Shown here: positions 7,959-14,981 of the stretch, piece by piece
Numbering within the stretch: position 1 is the first letter of the stretch
How the letters are laid out: the number at the start of each line of letters is the position of its first letter
From: Patescibacteria group bacterium
GTDB taxonomy: Bacteria; Patescibacteriota; Saccharimonadia; UBA4664; SCTI01
Length of the DNA stretch: 49,466 nucleotides
Assembly: GCA_004297735.1 (NCBI GenBank)
Contig: SCTI01000001.1
Coordinates: forward strand, 1 to 49,466
Direction of reading: 5' to 3'
Notes under the pieces: model-generated
Databases searched by the model: none
The model's input: only the letters and a program-made list of their open reading frames with translations
What the model was told of the DNA's origin: nothing
Made by a program: the position numbers and the translations under genes

Positions 7959-8120
7959 ATGGCAAAAAACTTTCTAGATGAAGAACCAAAAGCGCGCGGA
8001 TTGTCCCATATGGATGGTTTTAGATTTGGGTTTGGCTTTTTTATAGCAAACTTAATTGGTTTGACGGTCTTGGCGGCACTAACTGCAGCGGTTGGTTATG
8101 CTGTTCAGCGGTTGCATTAA
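7959..8120 (+). CDS. small membrane protein (53 aa, below the ORF-track cutoff)
   Basis: ATG at 7959 and TAA at 8118-8120. Sequence MAKNFLDEEPKARGLSHMDGFRFGFGFFIANLIGLTVLAALTAAVGYAVQRLH, with one clear TM helix. Confidence 0.45.
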   Translation: MAKNFLDEEPKARGLSHMDGFRFGFGFFIANLIGLTVLAALTAAVGYAVQRLH

Positions 8121-8156
8121 ACCTGTAGATCTGGTAAATTTGGCACTTGTGGACGC

Positions 8157-8233
<77 letters not shown>

Positions 8234-8258
8234 GAAATTATTCTTGTATAATAACCAC

Positions 8259-9542
8259 ATGCAAACCTTTTTGCGGCGGCTGGTCGCTAGTCAACTTGAA
8301 CAGCGAGTCCAGCAGCTAATTCGTAAAAATAAACTCAAAATCGTAGCCGTTACTGGCAGTGTCGGTAAGACTAGCACTAAGCTTGCGATCGCATCGGTGT
8401 TGTCGCAAAAGTATCGAGTGTTAGCTCATCAGGGAAATTATAACTCTGAGCTGGGGATGCCGCTGTCAATTTTTGAGCTAGAGGTTCCCGCTTCGCTCAA
8501 AAACCCAATGGCGTGGTTTAAGATACTCAACTTAATTGATCAAAAGCTCAAACAGCCATATCCATATGATGTACTGGTGCTGGAGATGGGCGCTGATCAG
8601 CCAAACGACATTCAAAAGTTTATGCGCTACATTGAGCCAGATATTGGTATTGTCACAGCAATTGCGCCGGCTCACCTAGAGCAGTTTGGGAGTGTAGACG
8701 CAATCGCGCACGAAAAAATGGCCTTAGCACGTGGCAGTCGAGTGGTGCTGCTTAATGCCGAAGATCCGCGGGTGATGGAGGAGTCAAAGAAGTTAGGCCG
8801 CGAGGTAAGCACCTATGGCGTGCGCGACGGCAATGCTCACTTTGAAGGCATTACGCGGTTGAAGAACCTGACACTAAATGGTCGCCTGCAGCTAGCTGAT
8901 GACGAGGTAGCGGTTAAAACCAATTTTGTTGCCGAGCATAGCTTGAGTGCTCTAGCCGCCGCCGCAGCGGTGGGTGAAGAGCTGGGCTTGAATGGCAATG
9001 AGATCAAGGCTGGCATTCAGACCTTTGAGTCGGTTTCGGGTCGCATGCAGGTGTTTAATGGGGTGAATGGCTCAACCATTATTGATGACACCTATAATTC
9101 TAGCCCTCGAGCAGCCACGGCGGCGGTGGCCGAGCTGCTACGCCTGCCAACCGAGGGTCGTCGTATCGCGGTGCTCGGCACCATGAACGAGCTTGGTGAC
9201 GCCGCGACTGAGGCCCACCGTGAGTTAGGCCGCGTGGCCGCTAAGGTCGATTTGCTGGTCACAATTGGCAAGCTAGCCGGTGATTACATTACTGCCGGCG
9301 CGGTTGAGGCGGGCATTGATGATGCCAAAATTAAGAACTTTATGTCCCCGTACAAAGCCGGTGAGTTTTTAAAGAGCGAGCTGAATCAAGGTGATTTGGT
9401 TTTGGCTAAGGGCTCTCAAAACGGTGTGTTTGCCGAAGAGGCGGTGGCGCTAATTTTGGCCGACCCTAAAGATCGCAAAAGGCTTGTGCGTCAGAGCGAA
9501 TCGTGGGAACGTAAAAAGCAAGAACAGTTTAAGGTCCAATAG
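8259..9542 (+). CDS. murF: UDP-N-acetylmuramoyl-tripeptide--D-alanyl-D-alanine ligase MurF
   Basis: Mur ligase P-loop VTGSVGKTSTK, plus DDTYNSSP and a C-terminal Mur ligase domain. The ORF-track start at 8244 (TTG TAT AAT) is really a -10 box, TATAAT at 8247-8252. ATG at 8259 lies 6 nt after it, so the transcript looks leaderless. Confidence 0.9.
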   Translation: MQTFLRRLVASQLEQRVQQLIRKNKLKIVAVTGSVGKTSTKLAIASVLSQKYRVLAHQGNYNSELGMPLSIFELEVPASLKNPMAWFKILNLIDQKLKQPYPYDVLVLEMGADQPNDIQKFMRYIEPDIGIVTAIAPAHLEQFGSVDAIAHEKMALARGSRVVLLNAEDPRVMEESKKLGREVSTYGVRDGNAHFEGITRLKNLTLNGRLQLADDEVAVKTNFVAEHSLSALAAAAAVGEELGLNGNEIKAGIQTFESVSGRMQVFNGVNGSTIIDDTYNSSPRAATAAVAELLRLPTEGRRIAVLGTMNELGDAATEAHRELGRVAAKVDLLVTIGKLAGDYITAGAVEAGIDDAKIKNFMSPYKAGEFLKSELNQGDLVLAKGSQNGVFAEEAVALILADPKDRKRLVRQSESWERKKQEQFKVQ

Positions 9543-9548
9543 GAATAT

Positions 9549-10310
9549 ATGGAACGCCTCCAAAAACTACTTTTAGCGCCGGTAAAAATCCTTTCGCGCG
9601 GCATCCCGTCTCGACTACTACAGTCAAATATTGCAGTTGATAAAAAATACCTTGAGCGGATCAGTCGAGAGCACAAGATTGAGCGTGATTGGTATGAAAA
9701 AGTACCGAGCTTTCCTACGAACTCAGACATAATAGATGCTGCCAATAAGGGCGTGTTAGTAAAAGTAGTTGAAACCCCAGACTACTTACCTATAATGCGT
9801 TTGCGCAATCCTAAACTACACGATGAGTATCCGCCATACCTAACTAAGGCTTCAGCAGCTCTTTTAGGCCAGATTACTGCCGAATGGCGCAAGCGAATGC
9901 TGGCAGAAGGTTTTGATAAAAATGTTCGGCTGGCGGTTACTAGCCTAACTCGATCGCAGGAGTATCAAGATCAAATTGTGGCATCCGGGAAGATGGCGCT
10001 ATCGGATGGACCGCACTTGCGTGGTGAGGCTTTTGATATTGATGGCTGCGGTTATTACGTGGGAGACAAGCCGGTTAACCCTCGTCAGAAAAAGGTAGGT
10101 GGGGAGTTTCATAAAGCCTTTGAACAGATGGATGCCGGTCTTCCGGAGCCAGAACTAATCGACTATTCTGAGTATCAGCCACGAATTCATGAGATTTTGC
10201 ATGAGGTCCTTAATGACCTGATGGCTAAAAACAAACTACATTACCTACATGAGTTTCCAAATACCAACAATACGGTATTCCATGTAGCACGTAATCCAAA
10301 CGCCTCATAG
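9549..10310 (+). CDS. hypothetical protein with a LAS-type (VanY / peptidase M15-like) zinc peptidase motif
   Basis: 253 aa. The motif SDGPHLRGEAFDID fits HxxGxAxD of D-Ala-D-Ala carboxypeptidase-like enzymes. It lies 6 nt after murF. Confidence 0.5.
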   Translation: MERLQKLLLAPVKILSRGIPSRLLQSNIAVDKKYLERISREHKIERDWYEKVPSFPTNSDIIDAANKGVLVKVVETPDYLPIMRLRNPKLHDEYPPYLTKASAALLGQITAEWRKRMLAEGFDKNVRLAVTSLTRSQEYQDQIVASGKMALSDGPHLRGEAFDIDGCGYYVGDKPVNPRQKKVGGEFHKAFEQMDAGLPEPELIDYSEYQPRIHEILHEVLNDLMAKNKLHYLHEFPNTNNTVFHVARNPNAS

Positions 10311-10350
10311 ATATCTCATCCCATCTGATTTTCTGCTACAATAAGCCGTA

Positions 10351-13233
10351 ATGAAACGTTATAGTCCAAAGGAAATTGAACCCAAGTGGCAAAAGATTTG
10401 GGAAGAGACCAAGCTGTATCAAACCAGCGATGATGATCCTCGCCCAAAATGGTACCAACTGGAATTCTTTCCCTATCCATCTGGCGTAACCATGCATGTT
10501 GGCCACGTCCGCAACTATGTTATATCGGATGCGTTTGCTCGATATAAGCGCATGACTGGCCACAATGTGCTTCACCCGATGGGGTGGGATGCCTTTGGTT
10601 TGCCGGCCGAGAATCAAGCGATTAAGACGGGCTTGCCAGCGCGTAAATCAACCGAGCAAAACATTGCCGTGTTTAAGCGTCAGCTAAATCAAGTTGGCCT
10701 GTCGTATGACTGGAGTCGCGAGATCAACTCGTCAGAGCCAGATTACTATCGCTGGACACAGTGGCTGTTCCTATTATTCTACGAGCGCAAACTTGCCTAT
10801 AAAGCCGAGTCGGCAGTTAACTGGTGCCCACACGACAAGACCGTGCTTGCAAATGAACAAGTCATTAAAAAAGATGGTAAGAATGTTTGCGAGCGGTGTG
10901 GGCATGAAGTTGAGAAGCGCAACCTGTCGCAGTGGCTCTTTAAGATTACCGATTATGCTGATCGCTTACTGGAAGACCTTGAGAAGATTGATTGGGCCGA
11001 CAACGTAAAGGCAATGCAGCGCAACTGGATTGGGCGAAGTGTTGGCGCTGAAGTTGAGTTCAAGTTGAAAAATGGACCTCAGGATGAGCTCGTCGCCTTT
11101 ACTACTCGCGCCGACACCTTGGCGGGTGCTACCTTCCTAGTGATTTCACCCGAGTTGGCTCAGACCTGGGTCGAAAAGGGATGGAAGGCGTCAGCGGAGG
11201 CTCAAGAATATATTACGGGCGCAGTAAGTAAATCGGAAATTGAGAGGCAAGAGACCGACCGTAAGAAGACCGGAGTAAATACTGGAATTATCGCAGTCAA
11301 TCCTCTTACTAAGGAAGAAATACCGGTATGGGTGGCCGATTACGTGCTGGGTGGGTATGGCACCGGTGCGATCATGGCGGTACCGGCTCACGATCAGCGT
11401 GACAATGAGTTTGCGCAGGCCTTTGAGCTGCCAATTAAGACTGTGATTGAGCCAATTACTGGTACTCCGCAAAAAGATCCGGTGTTTCGTCGCAGTATTG
11501 TAGCGCTTGTTGAGGATCCTGAGACTGGCGATGTGCTATCTATCAAATGGAATACTCAGCACGGAGAAAACTACCTTCTAGTTGGAGGTGGGGTGGAGGA
11601 AGGCGAGGATCTAATTGAGGCTGCTCGCCGCGAAATAGCCGAGGAGACAGGTTATACCGATGTTGAGTTTATTGAACAGATGGAGAATGTACATCACAGC
11701 TACTTTGCATCTGCTAAAAATATTCCGCGTGAAATCATTGCGACTGGTCTGAAATTTAAGCTTAAGAGTCACGACAAACAACCTTTGCAGCTTGAAGCAA
11801 GCGAGCAAGGTCGAATGGTTGCAGAGTGGCTAACCCCGAAGCAGTTTAGTAACCTTGTAACGGATGAGCTACATCAAAGAGTATTTGAACGGCTAATGTT
11901 TGGCACGATTTACAGTGGCGAAGGTATCATGACGAGCTCAGGCACCTATGACGGCCTGAGCTCAAGCGAAGCGCGTAAGAAAATCACGGCCGAGGTTGGT
12001 ACTGAGCGAGTTAACTATAAGATGCGAGATTGGCTGATTAGTCGTCAGCGTTACTGGGGCGCACCGATTCCAATTATTCACTGTCCAAAGTGCGGTATCG
12101 TTCCGGTGCCAAAAGACCAGCTCCCCGTTGAACTGCCCGAGCTTGAGTCTTATCATCCAAGCGATGATGGTCGTTCTCCGCTGGCGCGAGTTAAGGAGTG
12201 GCTACATACCGAATGTCCACAGTGTGGCGGCCCAGCTGAGCGCGAGACCGATACTATGGATACATTTGTTGATTCAAGCTGGTACTTTTTGCGCTTTACG
12301 GATCCAAATAATGACAATGCACCATTTGATGGTGTAAAGGCCAATCATTGGCATCCTGTAGACACCTATGTCGGTGGTGTAGAGCACGCGGTGGCTCACC
12401 TTTTGTTCGCGCGATTCTGGACCAAAGTTCTGCATGATGCCGGGCTGATTAATTTTGAGGAACCGTTTAAACGCTTACGTAATCAGGGTATGATCGGCGG
12501 TAGCGATGGCCGCAAAATGGGTAAACGCTACGGTAACGCCGTAACCCCTGATGATTTAATTGACCAGGGTTATGGCGCAGACGCCCTACGTCTATATGAA
12601 CTATTTATTGGCCCGTATGATCAGGGGGTCGACTGGAATCCGACTGGTATTGATGGCACTAAGCGCTTTTTGAATCGGGTGTGGGCGCTGACACAAGAGC
12701 ATCTCGAGGCCCGCAATGAGGGAGAGAGTGGTGATAGTAAGCTTGAGACCGCGCTTGCGGTTACGGTTCACAAGGCCATTAAGAAAGTCACCTTCGACTT
12801 GGAGCAGTTTGGTTTTAACACCGCCATCGCCGCAATGATGGAAACGGTTAATGAGATGTATAAGCTCAAGACCGAACTGCCGCTTGGGAGCGAGGCTTGG
12901 CAGCAAAACTTGAAGTTGCTGGTACAGATTTTAGCCCCATTTGCACCCCACATTACCGAGGAGCTGTGGCAGCAGCTGGGCGGTGAGACTAGTGTGCATG
13001 TGGCCAGCTGGCCGGCCTTTGATGAAAAGCTCGTGCAGGACGAACTGGTCACGGTGGTGGTTCAGGTGAACGGTAAGGTTCGCGCTAAGCTTGAGGTTGG
13101 CGCTGATGCCGGTGAAAATCAGGTGAAGGAGCTGGCCGAGAAGAGTGACTCAGTCAAAGCCCAGCTGGAAGGCAAAGAGATTGTGAAGACAATCTATGTC
13201 CCGGGTAAGATCCTTAACCTAGTTGTAAAGTAG
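10351..13233 (+). CDS. leuS: leucine--tRNA ligase carrying an inserted Nudix hydrolase domain
   Basis: 960 aa. HIGH-type motif HVGHVRNY. Editing-domain motifs [12 protein letters not shown] and [25 protein letters not shown] is present, and the KMSKS variant is KMGKR. Codons at about 11455-11916 encode an extra roughly 150-aa segment with a perfect Nudix box. Confidence 0.95.
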   Translation: [960 protein letters not shown]

Positions 13234-13258
13234 AAAGCTTTGTTTTAAAATACAAACA

Positions 13259-13269
13259 GTTTCGTAGGC
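13259..13269. repeat. direct repeat copy 1 (GTTTCGTAGGC)
   Basis: Identical 11-mer to 13340-13350. It overlaps the foot of the terminator hairpin. Confidence 0.8.
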
Positions 13270-13301
13270 ATAAAAGCGCGGTTTCGACCGTGCTTTTATG
13301 C
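13268..13301. terminator. bidirectional hairpin terminator between leuS (+) and the tRNA-like gene (-)
   Basis: GCATAAAAGCGCGG TTTCGA CCGTGCTTTTATGC forms a 14-position stem with one mismatch. A/T runs sit in the stem arms. Confidence 0.7.
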
Positions 13302-13304
13302 GTC

Positions 13305-13376
13305 TGGTGGAGCTACCGGGGATCGAACCCGGCGACATGGTTTCGTAGGCCTTACCGCGACACCAGCCGTAGCCCC
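13305..13376 (-). tRNA. atypical tRNA-like gene (tRNA-Ala-type acceptor and T arm, non-canonical D/anticodon region)
   Basis: The minus strand reads GGGGCTA CG GCTGGTGTCGCGG T AAGGC CTACGAA ACCAT GTCG CCGGG TTCGATC CCCGG TAGCTCC A CCA. The acceptor is a perfect 7 bp with G3:U70 and A73, the T arm is canonical, and CCA is encoded. The D region is too short and the anticodon stem is weak, so I could not fold a standard cloverleaf. Confidence 0.5.
13340..13350. repeat. direct repeat copy 2 (GTTTCGTAGGC)
   Basis: It lies inside the tRNA-like gene and covers the candidate anticodon loop (minus strand GCCTACGAAAC). Confidence 0.8.
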
Positions 13377-13395
13377 CTACTTTGCTCCAACCAGA

Positions 13396-13423
13396 CATAT
13401 AGACCATATCAGCCCGGCATTAA
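13396..13423 (-). promoter_or_regulatory. candidate promoter of the tRNA-like gene (TTAATG-16-TATATG on the minus strand)
   Basis: -35 is the reverse complement of 13418-13423 and -10 is the reverse complement of 13396-13401. The predicted TSS is near 13389, about 12 nt upstream of the mature 5' end. Confidence 0.4.
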
Positions 13424-13447
13424 CAGATTCTTAAGCCGCCCAACCCC

Positions 13448-13476
13448 TTGCGATTTTTGCTAAATCGTCGTATTAT
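13448..13476 (+). promoter_or_regulatory. sigma70-type promoter (TTGCGA-17-TATTAT) for the DUF177-rpmF operon
   Basis: TTGCGA at 13448-13453, a 17-nt spacer, then TATTAT at 13471-13476. The ATG is 15 nt downstream. Confidence 0.55.
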
Positions 13477-13491
13477 ACTGCCCAAGAGCGC

Positions 13492-13911
13492 ATGCACATA
13501 GACGTTAACGACATCTTAAGGCAAGGGGAAGGCTCAATTACCGACTTTAAGGTCGATAATGAGAGTCCGGAGCTTGCTGATGTAAAGTTAGCGCAGCCGC
13601 TCGCCGGTAGCCTACGGATAATGGGGACTCGCGACGGTGTGCTAGCCATCGGTGATTTGCAGACCGCTGTCGAGCTGGAATGCGGTCGCTGTTTGCGCAC
13701 TTTCACTCACTCGCTTGAGCTGCCGATCCGGGCCGAGTTCGCTCGTAACCCCGACGAAGATAGCTTCCCAATTGATAGTAAAGGTACTATTGATCTGGAC
13801 GAGCCGGTTCGGCAAGAGCTGATTCTACAGCTACCGATCCAACAGCTTTGCAAAGACGACTGTGAGAGCTTACAATTAAAGGAAACAAAGGACTCCAATG
13901 GCCGTTCCTAA
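13492..13911 (+). CDS. YceD/DUF177 family protein (large-subunit ribosomal protein L32 accessory)
   Basis: 139 aa. The CGRCL motif is present in ELECGRCLRTF. It sits in the conserved position directly upstream of, and overlapping, rpmF. Confidence 0.85.
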   Translation: MHIDVNDILRQGEGSITDFKVDNESPELADVKLAQPLAGSLRIMGTRDGVLAIGDLQTAVELECGRCLRTFTHSLELPIRAEFARNPDEDSFPIDSKGTIDLDEPVRQELILQLPIQQLCKDDCESLQLKETKDSNGRS

Positions 13912-14068
13912 AAAACGTACGAGTAAAACTCGCCGCAATCAACGCCGTAGCCACGATGCGCTTAAAGCGCCAGCGCTACAGCTTGCCAGCGATGGCAGCC
14001 TGGCTCCTCGCCGCCTGCACAAGGCAATCAGCTTGGGCCTAACTAAATTAGTGAGGCGGGAGCGCTAA
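13898..14068 (+). CDS. rpmF: 50S ribosomal protein L32 (56 aa, below the ORF-track cutoff)
   Basis: ATG at 13898 and TAA at 14066-14068. MAVPKKRTSKTRRNQRRSHDALK is the canonical bL32 N-terminus. Confidence 0.9.
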   Translation: MAVPKKRTSKTRRNQRRSHDALKAPALQLASDGSLAPRRLHKAISLGLTKLVRRER

Positions 14069-14071
14069 AGC

Positions 14072-14527
14072 ATGGCCTCTAACCGACATCTCGGTCGAAT
14101 CGTTGCCATGCAAACATTGTATGAATACGATTTTCGCGAGAATGCCGGTGCCGATGTCGATAAAGCCGCCATCATTGATCGTAACTTTGGCGAGTTTGCC
14201 AACGCGATTGATGACAAAAACTTTGTTTACGACATCGTTGAGGGCGTTCAGGCTCACCAGCAAGAAATTGACGACATGATTGGCCCGGCTGCACCAGAGT
14301 GGCCGGTTGATCAAATTGCCAAGATCGATAAGATCATTTTGCGCATTGGCGTGTATGAGCTTTTGTTTAAGCGCGAGGTTCCCCCAAAGGTGGCTATTAA
14401 TGAGGCGGTCGAACTAGCCAAGGCCTTTGGTGGCGAGAACTCTAGTAAATTTGTAAACGGCGTACTTGGTACCATTTACCGTGGAAGCGATGTCTACGAA
14501 CCAGAAGAAGAAAAGAAAGCAGACTAA
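14072..14527 (+). CDS. nusB: transcription antitermination factor NusB
   Basis: 151 aa. R-rich N-terminus followed by [10 protein letters not shown], then [23 protein letters not shown]. Confidence 0.9.
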   Translation: MASNRHLGRIVAMQTLYEYDFRENAGADVDKAAIIDRNFGEFANAIDDKNFVYDIVEGVQAHQQEIDDMIGPAAPEWPVDQIAKIDKIILRIGVYELLFKREVPPKVAINEAVELAKAFGGENSSKFVNGVLGTIYRGSDVYEPEEEKKAD

Positions 14528-14981
14528 ATCAAAGCGTCCCGCTCGCACCAAGGCGGTACGTGAGTTTACGGCGGGCGGAATGGTGTTCCGCCGGGTCGGC
14601 GCTAGTGATATTGATATTTTGATGATCCAGGATCGGCTGGGGCGCTGGACCATACCAAAAGGCCACGTAGAGGAGGGCGAGAGTCTGGAACAGACCGCCG
14701 TGCGTGAGATCGGCGAAGAGACCGGCTTAACCAAGCTTTCAATTAAGGATAAGCTGGATAAGATTCACTTTTTTTACCGCAAAGAGGGCAAACTGATTTA
14801 TATGACCACTCATGTGTTCTTGATTGAAGCGCTTGGTGATACCGACACATTGATACCTGAAGATAGCGAGGGTATTGTTGACGCTAAGTGGTTTGACCGG
14901 GCCGAGGCGCTGAAGCTGATTGAGTATAAAGACACCGAAAGGCTGTTTAATATGGGCTTAGAAAAGCTGGGGTTGGCATGA
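14490..14981 (+). CDS. Nudix hydrolase with a Lys/Arg-rich N-terminal tail (possible RppH-like RNA pyrophosphohydrolase)
   Basis: Perfect Nudix box [23 protein letters not shown]. The ORF is open from 14466 and ATG at 14490 is the more likely start. It overlaps the nusB end, and its stop overlaps the rnc start (ATGA). Confidence 0.8.
   Translation: MSTNQKKKRKQTKSKRPARTKAVREFTAGGMVFRRVGASDIDILMIQDRLGRWTIPKGHVEEGESLEQTAVREIGEETGLTKLSIKDKLDKIHFFYRKEGKLIYMTTHVFLIEALGDTDTLIPEDSEGIVDAKWFDRAEALKLIEYKDTERLFNMGLEKLGLA

Noticed and set aside
13305-13700. The idea that the tRNA-like element is the 3' end of a normal roughly 350-nt tmRNA gene on the minus strand.
   Set aside because: The upstream space is occupied by the promoter and coding sequence of the clearly recognisable DUF177/YceD gene (CGRCL motif) on the + strand. 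In addition, both acceptor strands lie within 72 nt.
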